DNA from: Acidobacteriota bacterium
GTDB taxonomy: Bacteria; Desulfobacterota; Desulfovibrionia; Desulfovibrionales; Desulfovibrionaceae
Assembly (NCBI GenBank): GCA_046567015.1
Contig: JBKICS010000402.1
Location: forward strand, 5,641-42,927
Length of the DNA: 37,287 nt
Direction of reading: 5' to 3'
In this document: in pieces, positions 28,808-37,287 of the stretch
How the letters are laid out: every line of letters begins with the position of its first letter
How positions within the stretch are numbered: position 1 is the stretch's first letter
Made by a program: the position numbers and the translations under genes
Notes under the pieces: generated by a model
What the model saw: the letters and a program-made list of their open reading frames with translations, nothing else
The model's database searches: none
What the model was told of the DNA's origin: nothing

Positions 28808-29746
28808 ATGATCAGGCCATCATCCATGAAATCCCGCATCGTCGACGTCGCCATCAATGTTTTCGGCAAGCCCGCCCAGACCGCCCTGGCCCTGGTCTCG
28901 CTGCTCGCCCACAGCGGCCGCTTCATCGACCGGATCTATTTCAACGAAGAGCCCGACTCGCTCAACGCGGTCTTTGCCCATGCCGACATCCTGGCCGCCC
29001 TGGGCGACCGGGTCGTCCACCACCGGCCGGCGTTCATGAACTGGCGCTACGCCGTTGACGAGTCGCGCCTGGGCGACCCGACCTACCGCCACGCCCTGCG
29101 CTACCAGTACGCCTTCGAGCGCACCGACAAGCGCTATCTGCTGCTGATCCACAACGACTGTGAATTTACCGGCGACGTGGTTGGCCTGCTCCTGGCCGGC
29201 CTCGGCAGCCAGGCCGGAGCCGGTGAGATCGGGCAGTGCTGGTTGTGCCCGGCCAAAATGCTCGGCCGCTGCGGACCGGGGCGCTACCAGGACTACCGGC
29301 CGGATTTCGCCGAGCTGGCCGCGCTCTATGCCGCCGTGGACCCGGCGGTCTATCGCCGCAGGTATTTGGACGAGCCGACCGAGGCCCTGCGCCGCCGGCC
29401 CTGGCCCCTGCCCGAATGCCGGCTCAACGAATTCTGCTGCCTGCTGCGCATGGACCTCGTGCGGCCGGCCACCTGCCCAATCGGCCCGGCCCGGCCGTTC
29501 GGGGCCTACGTCGACGTCGGCAACCCCGAAACCGGCAACGGCATCCTGGACATCGGCGTGGCCTGGTTTGGCGACATGGTCCACCTGGGGCATGGCTTCG
29601 CCCATGTGCCGCTTAACGCCTGCGTGCGCCACGTCGGGGGGCACAAGGCCCTTTTCGCCCCGGATACCTACGTCAGCCGTGAAGAAGAAGCCCTGACCAT
29701 CTTGCACGACAAGTACGGCGGACACATCCCGCGTCCGCCAGCCTGA
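28808..29746 (+). CDS. Hypothetical protein, possible divergent GT-A-fold glycosyltransferase
   Basis: VDVAINVFGKP...ALVSLL start and YLLLIHND strand resemble GT2 topology; Cys-rich segment CWLCPAKMLGRC; host-like codons. ATG 28826 is an alternative start. Confidence 0.6.
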   Translation: MIRPSSMKSRIVDVAINVFGKPAQTALALVSLLAHSGRFIDRIYFNEEPDSLNAVFAHADILAALGDRVVHHRPAFMNWRYAVDESRLGDPTYRHALRYQYAFERTDKRYLLLIHNDCEFTGDVVGLLLAGLGSQAGAGEIGQCWLCPAKMLGRCGPGRYQDYRPDFAELAALYAAVDPAVYRRRYLDEPTEALRRRPWPLPECRLNEFCCLLRMDLVRPATCPIGPARPFGAYVDVGNPETGNGILDIGVAWFGDMVHLGHGFAHVPLNACVRHVGGHKALFAPDTYVSREEEALTILHDKYGGHIPRPPA

Positions 29747-29755
29747 AGGAATCCC

Positions 29756-30577
29756 ATGGAACTGTTCACCGTCACTGACGGCTGCACTGGCTGCGGTCTG
29801 TGCGTTGCCGCCTGTCCGGCCAGTCTGGTGCGCCAGCGCAAACCCGGCGATGCCCCCCAAGCCCTGGCCGGCCGCGAGCCCCACTGCATCCGCTGCGGCC
29901 ATTGTGTCATCGCCTGTCCGACCAAGGCCTTTGTCCACGGCTGGCTGCCGCCGGAAGCTTTCGAGCCCATCCGGCGCAAGGAATTTCCCAGCCCCGCTTC
30001 CCTGCGCCATCTGTTCATGGCCCGGCGTTCGTGCCGGACCTACGCCCCGCAGCCCGTGCCCCGGCACGACATCGAGACCCTCATCGAAACCGTGCGCCAT
30101 GCCCCAACCGGCCACAACATGCGCCAAGTCGGCTATCTGGTGGTGGACGGCCCGCAGCGCATGGACGCGGCCCGAACGCTCGTGCTCGATTGGATCGCCC
30201 TGGAAGTGGCGGCGGATTCGCCCCGGGCGGCCGAACTGCACCTGGCCGGCGCGGCCCGGGCGGCGGCCAAGGGCAAGGACGTGATCTTTCGCGGCGCGCC
30301 TCACGTCATCGCGGCCTATGGGCCGGTTGAGGGCATCAGCCCCGACGTCGACGCGATCATCGCCGCTTCGTGGCTGGAGATCGCGGCGGCGGCCTCGGGC
30401 TACGGGGCCTGCTGGTGCGGTTATCTGATGTTCGCCATGGCGGCCCATCCGCCGATCAACGCGGCGCTCGGCATCCCGGACGGCCATCGCGGCTACGCCG
30501 CCTTGCTGTTCGGCCGCGCCGCCATGCGAGTGGGGTCGATACCGCCCCGGGACAGGCCGAAGGTGGTGTATTTCTGA
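29756..30577 (+). CDS. Nitroreductase-family protein with N-terminal 2x[4Fe-4S] ferredoxin domain
   Basis: CTGCGLCVAACP and CIRCGHCVIACP; RRSCRTY, APTGHN, GYGACWCG. Confidence 0.92.
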   Translation: MELFTVTDGCTGCGLCVAACPASLVRQRKPGDAPQALAGREPHCIRCGHCVIACPTKAFVHGWLPPEAFEPIRRKEFPSPASLRHLFMARRSCRTYAPQPVPRHDIETLIETVRHAPTGHNMRQVGYLVVDGPQRMDAARTLVLDWIALEVAADSPRAAELHLAGAARAAAKGKDVIFRGAPHVIAAYGPVEGISPDVDAIIAASWLEIAAAASGYGACWCGYLMFAMAAHPPINAALGIPDGHRGYAALLFGRAAMRVGSIPPRDRPKVVYF

Positions 30578-30669
30578 AAGCGTGTATAGGATTTTGTATT
30601 GACTCAAACTAATGATTATGTTTCTGAATGGGGAGGATGGCGCATGGTTGATATCTAAGGTTCCCGATT

Positions 30670-31191
30670 ATGTTAGAATTAAATGAATATACGGTGGAAG
30701 CAATAGCCGGTGTGGCACTATTTTTTTTCATAGCGGGTTTTTTGACGCAGAAAAAGAACAAGAAAATCGTACACCGCCTAAACTGGAATAAAGAAATCAT
30801 CTCCTGGTCGTCAGGTGTCATGGAGGAGATTGGAAGCGTTTTGTATATATTTGAGCAATTAAAATACGGGGCGTCGTTTGAAGACGTCTCGGATGATGTT
30901 ATTGTGTCGAAGCAGAATATGAGTGCGTTGCTTGACTTCGGACGTTTACTGATCGGAAATGTCAGGCAAGGAAAAAAAAGATTGGATGAAAACTGGAAAT
31001 ACGCTGAACAAAAACAACGTGCTTTAGAATCCATTCACGCCGTGCACGGTCGACTTTGTCTCATCGCCAGCGCAAGCGGCAACGTCGATGTTGACGAGAA
31101 TATCATGTATATTTCACAATGCAGGAAATCGTTTGCTACTGATATCCAGTTTGAAATTGAGTATCTGCCTGGCGAGCACAAGGGAGCTTAA
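30670..31191 (+). CDS. AT-rich hypothetical protein with N-terminal membrane anchor
   Basis: 173-aa ORF filling a low-GC islet; AIAGVALFFFIAGFL followed by QKKNKK; TAAGG upstream. Confidence 0.6.
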   Translation: MLELNEYTVEAIAGVALFFFIAGFLTQKKNKKIVHRLNWNKEIISWSSGVMEEIGSVLYIFEQLKYGASFEDVSDDVIVSKQNMSALLDFGRLLIGNVRQGKKRLDENWKYAEQKQRALESIHAVHGRLCLIASASGNVDVDENIMYISQCRKSFATDIQFEIEYLPGEHKGA

Positions 31192-31231
31192 GCCACCTTT
31201 GACACGTATCTCCGTTCTTCCCCGTGCCTGA

Positions 31232-31269
31232 AAAAAAGCCCCGGCCGAGGCATCGACCGGGGCTTTTTT
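31232..31269. terminator. Bidirectional intrinsic terminator
   Basis: AAAAAAGCCCCGG...CCGGGGCTTTTTT between convergent genes. Confidence 0.85.
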
Positions 31270-31287
31270 ATTGGTGAATGGACGCGG

Positions 31288-31950
31288 TTAGCCCAGGACG
31301 GCCTGTTTGATGGCCTCGATGCCCAGGCGTTCGACGAACCGGGCGGCGCGCTCGCGCTTCTTGGCGTTGGCGGCGTAGTAGCCGATGAGCTTTTCCGACA
31401 GCTCGATGACCTGCTCCCGGGTCAGATCCTCGGCCACCACGTCGCCGATGCGCGGCCGGGCCCCTGGATGGCCGCCAAAAATCACCGTCCAGCCGGACTT
31501 CTTGCCCAACACGCCCAGGTCGCGCACAAAGCTCTCCGAACAGCAAAACGGACAGCCCGACACCGACAGCTTGAACTTGCCCGGCAGGTCGCGCCCGACA
31601 AAGAGCTTCTCCATTTCCAGCCCAAGACCCAGGGAATCCTGGACGCCGAACTTGCACACGCTGGTGCCCGGGCAGGCCTGGACGAAATGCACGCACAGCT
31701 CCATGGCCTGGCCCACGTCGGTGCCGAGATCCTTCCAGATGGCGTCCACGTCCTCGGGCTTGATGCCGACCAGGGCCAGGCGCTGGCCCGAGGTGATCTT
31801 GACAATGGGCACGGCGTATTTCTTGACCACGAGGTTGAGGGCTTCGAGAACTTCCGGGGAAATAAGCCCCACAGGAGTGCGGGGGACGATGGCGTAGGTC
31901 TGCTGGTCACGCTGCAAGATGGCCCCGGTAGGGGCTTCGTTGACGCTCAT
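31288..31950 (-). CDS. Low-molecular-weight assimilatory-type sulfite/nitrite reductase (siroheme, [4Fe-4S])
   Basis: GAILQRD..TYAIVPRTP, KITSGQR, ACPGTSVC and SGCPFCC ligand sets; 220 aa; AGGAG RBS. Confidence 0.88.
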   Translation of the reverse strand: MSVNEAPTGAILQRDQQTYAIVPRTPVGLISPEVLEALNLVVKKYAVPIVKITSGQRLALVGIKPEDVDAIWKDLGTDVGQAMELCVHFVQACPGTSVCKFGVQDSLGLGLEMEKLFVGRDLPGKFKLSVSGCPFCCSESFVRDLGVLGKKSGWTVIFGGHPGARPRIGDVVAEDLTREQVIELSEKLIGYYAANAKKRERAARFVERLGIEAIKQAVLG

Positions 31951-32314
31951 GGCGGCTCCTTGATGGTAGAGTCGTGAATGGGAATATGGGCCTGCGCAGT
32001 ATGCGATGGTTGGCCGATCCGAGATCGAAGGGCGGTCCGGGCTTGTCGTTAACGGACGCCAAGGACCAGTCTCTACACATTGGGGGCGTTGTTGTCACCA
32101 ACGAAAAAAGTCCCAAGGATGCCGTGTTGTTTGCTTTGCTTGTTTCGTCCTTCGAGCGAAATGGAAGAAAGGCGGTCACCCACTGGCGCAACGCGTTTGA
32201 TCTGTTCGTTCCAGGGCGGATTTTTACTGCCCGCCAAATTTTTGTGTCCCGACCGGTCTTGAGGTCAGGAGCCGCCTGGGCTACACCCGGGCAAAACCCT
32301 TTCGGGAGGATGTC

Positions 32315-32839
32315 TTGGGCAAGCTCAACGCGGAAAAATTGTCCCCCAATCCGGATTTCGACCTGTTCCTCTATCTGCGGGTGACCGGAACCCCCAAAGT
32401 CGAACAACACCTCATCGACCTGTGCGAGGAGCATTGGGAATCCTTCAAGGAACACTTGAAGGGTTACCGCTTCGCCATGCCCGGCTCCAAACGCGGCGTG
32501 GTCCTGTTCTTCCTGGAACCGGCCGCCGAAGGTCTCGTCGAGGAAGCCTGGGCCCGCTCGCCCACGGAAGGCTTCGCCCTGCACAACCTGGCCGTGACCA
32601 TGGTCATGGCCGCCGCCGCCCAGCAAGTGCCCGAAATCGAAGCCGGAGCCTGCGCGCCGCTGCCCCCCCCGGACCGTGACCTCAAACGCCGCATGGAACG
32701 CCTGGGACTCGTCTGGAACGAAACCGGCAACGTCAGCGTGCAATTCGCCGTCATGACCCACGACCCCTACGCCGGCGGCTGCGCCGTCTGCCATTTGCGG
32801 GCGACCTGCCCGAAAAGCGACGTGCCCAAGGGACAATAA
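32315..32839 (+). CDS. Hypothetical protein, possibly methionine-synthase activation-domain-like, with C-terminal CxxCx5C
   Basis: TTG start after GGGAGG; host-like codons; ends GCAVCHLRATCPK. The family call is tentative. Confidence 0.65.
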   Translation: MGKLNAEKLSPNPDFDLFLYLRVTGTPKVEQHLIDLCEEHWESFKEHLKGYRFAMPGSKRGVVLFFLEPAAEGLVEEAWARSPTEGFALHNLAVTMVMAAAAQQVPEIEAGACAPLPPPDRDLKRRMERLGLVWNETGNVSVQFAVMTHDPYAGGCAVCHLRATCPKSDVPKGQ

Positions 32840-32880
32840 GAAAGCCGAAAGAGATAAGAAAAGAAGGGAAGAGGAGAGAA

Positions 32881-32930
32881 GTTCGGGCTCTGCCCGAACC
32901 CGCCGGGGGCCTCAGGCCCCCGGACCCCCG
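32881..32930 (-). repeat. REP-like hairpin pair preceded by a purine tract
   Basis: GTTCGGGC-TCT-GCCCGAAC and CCGGGGGCC-TCA-GGCCCCCGG-ACCCCC; reverse orientation of the units at 33240. Confidence 0.75.
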
Positions 32931-33063
32931 TCCGGTGGGAGGATGGCAAGCGTGTGGGGGAGACGTCGGTGGGCGGGAGCGTGTGAAGTTGGGGGCCGGA
33001 CAGTTCGGATTGGCCCGTTCATTTCAACGGTCGCATGCAGTGAATGCCTTTCCCGGGCGAACC

Positions 33064-33140
33064 GGGTCATTGGAAATACGGGGCCGTCGAGCTCCCGGCG
33101 CAAGCCGGGTGCATCGACGGCCCCGTATTTCCAACGACCC
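33064..33140. repeat. 77-nt near-perfect palindrome with GCAA tetraloop
   Basis: 33070-33090 pairs perfectly with 33114-33134 (21 bp); apex CCCGGC-GCAA-GCCGGG; base GGGTC/GACCC. Confidence 0.9.
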
Positions 33141-33239
33141 ATGCGGCAAAGCCGCCAAGCGCTTTAGCGCCCAAGCATCTTCCCGCCCTCTCACTCTCGC
33201 GACAGTGCCTTACCCCGTCCAGGCCATGCGCCCCTGTTC

Positions 33240-33391
33240 GGGGGTCCGGGGGGCCGTCGCCCCCCGGGGGGTCCAGGGCAAAGCCCTGGCAGGGTCCGGG
33301 GCGGAGCCCCGGCGGGTGCAGGGCAGCGCCCTGCCGGAGAGGTCCAGGAGAGGCAGCGCCTCTCCTGGTGGGGTCCGGGGCGGAGCCCCGG
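33240..33391 (+). repeat. Tandem array of six REP-like GGT-led hairpins
   Basis: Units include GGGTCCAGGGC-AAA-GCCCTGG, GGGTCCGGGGC-GGA-GCCCCGG (twice), GGGTGCAGGGC-AGC-GCCCTGC and GGTCCAGGAGAGGC-AGC-GCCTCTCCTGG. Confidence 0.85.
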
Positions 33392-33399
33392 CAGCGTTC

Positions 33400-34179
<780 letters not shown>

Positions 34180-34183
34180 GGTA

Positions 34184-34813
34184 TTAGGCCTCCCGGCAGT
34201 AGGCGGCGAAATTGCGGAGCAGGGCGAGTCCCGGACGGCCGCTTTTTTCCGGGTGGAACTGCACGGCCCACAGCCCTTTTCTGCCGTGGACCGAGCAGAA
34301 GTCGAGGCCGTAGTGGGTGACGCCGATCACGTATTCGGGGCTGGGCACCGGGTAGTAGCTGTGGACGAAATAGAATTCCGAAGCCGGGTCGATGCCGTCA
34401 AAGAGTTCGCAGTTCTTCTCCAGGCGCACCCGGTTCCAGCCCATGTGGGGGATGCGGATGGGGGCGTCGTCCTCGTCGGTCAGCGCGGCGTTGAACATGG
34501 CGCAGAGTCCGGGCACGATGCCGAGCGCCTGGGTGTCGTTTTCGGCGCTGTAGTCGAGCAGGATCTGGCAGCCCACGCAAATGCCGAGCAAGGGCTTTGC
34601 GGCGGCGACCTGCTCTGTTAAAAGCGCATCGAGTCCAGTGGTGGTCAATTCGCGCATGGCCTGTCCGGCGGCCCCGACGCCGGGGAAGATGATGCCCGAG
34701 GCGTCGGCGATGACGGCCGGATCGGCGGTGATGCGGCAGGGGATGCCGAGGTGGTCCAGGGCGCGGCGCACGCTGGTCTGGTTCCCGGCCTTGTAATCCA
34801 AAATGGCAAGCAT
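34184..34813 (-). CDS. hisH: Imidazole glycerol phosphate synthase glutaminase subunit
   Basis: [40 protein letters not shown]; ATG 34813 after AAGGAG. Confidence 0.96.
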   Translation of the reverse strand: MLAILDYKAGNQTSVRRALDHLGIPCRITADPAVIADASGIIFPGVGAAGQAMRELTTTGLDALLTEQVAAAKPLLGICVGCQILLDYSAENDTQALGIVPGLCAMFNAALTDEDDAPIRIPHMGWNRVRLEKNCELFDGIDPASEFYFVHSYYPVPSPEYVIGVTHYGLDFCSVHGRKGLWAVQFHPEKSGRPGLALLRNFAAYCREA

Positions 34814-34949
34814 GGCGTTCTCCTTCACCTGTGGACAGCGTCCCGGGAGCGGCCGGAGCCGGGGGACACGGCAAGGCGGCTTGGGGCCGCCGACGTTTCG
34901 CAGAAGCCGGTTGTGAACATTTTAGGCATTTTTGGCAAGGGAGGCGGAC

Positions 34950-35921
34950 ATGATCATCGTCACCGGCGGGGCCGGTTTTCTGGGCAGCGCCCTGGTGTGG
35001 GGACTCAATCTCGCCGGGCGTGACGACATTGTGGTCGTGGACAACCTGGGGCACGGCGAGAAATGGAAAAATTGCGTGAACCGCCGGTTTGCCGACTACC
35101 TGCACAAGGACGCCTTTCTGGCCGCCATTACCGGGGGCGGCGATCCTTTCGGGGCCGAGGCGGTGGTGCATCTCGGGGCCTGTTCCGCAACGACCGAGAC
35201 CGACGCCGAATATCTCATGCGCAACAACGTGGCCTATACCAAGGCCGTGGCCCGGTATGCCCTGGCTGCCGGGGCGCGGCTGATCGTTGCTTCCTCGGCC
35301 GCCACCTACGGCGACGGGGCCATGGGGTTTGACGACGACGTGGACGCCCTGGATACGCTTCGCCCACTTAACATGTACGGCTATTCCAAACACCTGTTCG
35401 ATCTGTGGGCGCGGCGCGAAGGCGTGCTGGGAAGGCTGGCCAGCCTCAAGTTTTTTAACGTCTACGGCCCCAACGAGTACCATAAGGGCGAGATGCGTTC
35501 GGTGGTCTGCAAGTCATACGCCCAGATCCGCAAGACCGGCCGCCTGTCCCTTTTCAAGTCGCACCGGGCCGATTATCCCGACGGCGGCCAGAAGCGGGAT
35601 TTCCTGTACGTCAAGGACGCGGTGGCGGTGATGCTGTGGCTGCTTGAGCATCCCGAAGCCAGCGGGCTTTTCAATATCGGCTGCGGCGCGGCCCGGACCT
35701 GGAACGATCTGGCGGCGGCGGTTTTTTCGGCCATGGAGCGGGCCTTGGCCGTGGACTACATCCCCATGCCCGAGGCCATACGCGAGAAGTACCAGTATTT
35801 CACCGAGGCGAAGATGGACCGGCTGCGGGCTGCCGGCTACGACCAGCCGTTCGCCACCCTGGAAGAGGGTGTTGCCGACTACGTGAAGGGCTATCTTTCC
35901 CAGCCTGACCACTATCTGTAA
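34950..35921 (+). CDS. hldD: ADP-L-glycero-D-manno-heptose 6-epimerase
   Basis: MIIVTGGAGFLGS, HLGACSATTE, ASSAATYG, PLNMYGYSK, FNVYGPNEYHKG, YQYFTEA. Confidence 0.94.
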   Translation: MIIVTGGAGFLGSALVWGLNLAGRDDIVVVDNLGHGEKWKNCVNRRFADYLHKDAFLAAITGGGDPFGAEAVVHLGACSATTETDAEYLMRNNVAYTKAVARYALAAGARLIVASSAATYGDGAMGFDDDVDALDTLRPLNMYGYSKHLFDLWARREGVLGRLASLKFFNVYGPNEYHKGEMRSVVCKSYAQIRKTGRLSLFKSHRADYPDGGQKRDFLYVKDAVAVMLWLLEHPEASGLFNIGCGAARTWNDLAAAVFSAMERALAVDYIPMPEAIREKYQYFTEAKMDRLRAAGYDQPFATLEEGVADYVKGYLSQPDHYL

Positions 35922-35998
35922 GGGGCCGGTCCGCCCGGACCACTCCGACCAGATCGCCTGCCAGCGCCCAGACCCCATTAACAAAATTCTCCCATCAA

Positions 35999-36058
35999 GG
36001 GGGTCCGGGGGGGATTATCCCCCCCGGCCGCCGGAGGCGCTCTTTCTCTTCTCTCTCG
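35999..36058 (+). repeat. REP-like element between convergent hldD and glpX
   Basis: GGGGGT-CCGGGGGGGA-TTA-TCCCCCCCGG followed by a pyrimidine tract; same architecture as the repeats at 32881-33391. Confidence 0.75.
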
Positions 36059-37042
36059 CTAATCGTACTTCACCGCACTGATTTCCATGAGCTTATCCAG
36101 CCGGATGCGCGTTTCGATGCGGCGCATGGTGCCGGTCTTGCCGCGCATGACCAGGGAGCGGGTGATGGCGTGGGTGCCGGTGAATTCGACGCCGTCGAGG
36201 AAGGTGCCGCCGGAGATGCCGGTGGCGGCGAAGTAGGTGTCGTCGCTGCGCACCAGCGTTTCCTCGGTAAATATCTGGGAGCAGTCGATGCCGGCTTCGG
36301 TGAGGGCTTGCGTTTCGGCTTCGGACTGGGGATCGAGCCGGGCCAAGAGGCGTCCGCCCAGGGCGCGGATGGCGCAGGCCGTGAGCACGCCTTCGGGCGT
36401 GCCGCCGGTGCCGAACATGACGTCCACGACGTTTTCCGGATCAACGGCCATGAGCGACCCGGCCACGTCGCCGTCGGTGTGGAGCTGGATACGCGCGCCG
36501 ACAGCCCGTATCTCGTTGATGAGCGTCTTGTGGCGGGGCTTGTCCAGGACAAAGACCACCAGATCGTCCACGTCCTTGCCCAGGGCCTTGGCGATTTTTT
36601 TGAGATTGTCGCCGACCGGCGCGTCGAGATCGGCCACGTCCTTGGCCTGGGACGGCACCACCAGCTTTTGCATGTAATAGCTGGGGCCGGGGTTGAACAT
36701 GGAGCCGCGCGGGGCGATGCCGACCACGGAGATGGCGTTGGGGCGGCCGTAGGCGAGCAGGTTGGTGCCCTCGACCGGATCGACGGCCACGTCCACGGCA
36801 TGGCCCTGGCCGCTGCCCACCCGCTCGCCGTTATAGAGCATGGGGGCTTCGTCTTTCTCGCCTTCGCCGATGATGATGACGCCGTCGATGGGCAGGGTAT
36901 TAAACGACAGGCGCATGGCGTCCACGGCGGCCTGATCGCCGGCGTTCTTGTCGCCCCGGCCCAGCCAGCGCGAGGAACTCAGCGCCGCCGCTTCGGTCAC
37001 CCGTACAAGATCCAGTCCGAGATTTCTGTCCGGTGCTTCCAT
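36059..37042 (-). CDS. glpX: Class II fructose-1,6-bisphosphatase
   Basis: LVRVTEAAAL, DQAAVDAMR, IGEGEKDEAPML, DPVEGT, DGDV, GGTPEGV; ATG 37042 after AGGAG. Confidence 0.96.
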   Translation of the reverse strand: MEAPDRNLGLDLVRVTEAAALSSSRWLGRGDKNAGDQAAVDAMRLSFNTLPIDGVIIIGEGEKDEAPMLYNGERVGSGQGHAVDVAVDPVEGTNLLAYGRPNAISVVGIAPRGSMFNPGPSYYMQKLVVPSQAKDVADLDAPVGDNLKKIAKALGKDVDDLVVFVLDKPRHKTLINEIRAVGARIQLHTDGDVAGSLMAVDPENVVDVMFGTGGTPEGVLTACAIRALGGRLLARLDPQSEAETQALTEAGIDCSQIFTEETLVRSDDTYFAATGISGGTFLDGVEFTGTHAITRSLVMRGKTGTMRRIETRIRLDKLMEISAVKYD

Positions 37043-37197
37043 GGCAGGCTCCTTTGGAAAGAGGGGATGGGGACGTAAGCCCTGTCGGACCGCGACGGCG
37101 GCCAAAGGATCGGGCCGTGATCCCGAGACGGCCCCGAAAGCCGAAGCTCGCGGGGCCGTGTTCTCGAGGGTCGGGCAGGGGCTCCCTGCCCGGATGG

Positions 37198-37287
37198 CTA
37201 TTTGTTGTCCCAGGCCTTCTGGATGGCCGCGGCCAGGGCCGGCGGGGTGAATCCGTAGGCTTCGGCCAGCTTTCCGGCCGGGGCCGA
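37198..37287 (-). CDS. tkt: 3' end of transketolase
   Basis: Minus-strand translation SAPAGKLAEAYGFTPPALAAAIQKAWDNK* matches the transketolase C-terminal SAP...YGFT motif; lies upstream of glpX. Not in the ORF track. Confidence 0.75.
   Translation of the reverse strand, partial: SAPAGKLAEAYGFTPPALAAAIQKAWDNK

Noticed and set aside
30628-30669. In-frame TGA (30649) upstream of the AT-rich ORF as another Sec codon
   Set aside because: It would add only 14 codons, there is no SECIS-like hairpin or Cys-type motif, and ATG 30670 has its own TAAGG.
32087-32160. Short palindromes (CGTTG-N7-CAACG, TTCG-N9-CGAA) as regulator sites
   Set aside because: Too short, with no convincing match to Rex, HcpR or sigma54 consensus.
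33240-33391. CRISPR array
   Set aside because: Units are non-identical with only a few bases between them, no unique spacers and no cas genes.
34911-34928. Rex-like site TTGTGAACATTTTAGGCA upstream of hldD
   Set aside because: Only one half-site matches.

Overview
GC-rich chromosomal window, most likely from a Desulfovibrionaceae sulfate reducer (Solidesulfovibrio-like, inferred from protein character, gene order and repeats). It is mostly housekeeping: cheW, mfd, two SurA/PPIase-like genes, rodZ, recO, glyQS, rpsT, elbB, a YdjC deacetylase, an ErcA/ErcS-like pair, typA, a small siroheme sulfite reductase, hisFH, hldD, glpX and the 3' end of tkt. The main hidden signal is UGA recoding missed by the ORF track. 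(1) selD extends upstream through an in-frame TGA (Sec14) followed by a SECIS-like hairpin. (2) A membrane HAMP-PP2C/SpoIIE phosphatase has an N-terminal transmembrane extension with an in-frame TGA (YGGQV-*-PF) followed by a similar hairpin, making it a candidate signalling selenoprotein. Also notable: a tightly coupled operon (LeuA-like synthase, ZIP-like protein, ABC exporter, DUF1858-like protein, selD), a SurA-like lipoprotein fused to a RodZ-type domain, two AT-rich islets, and a composite palindromic element next to hisF. All family calls come from motif recognition; no database searches were run.
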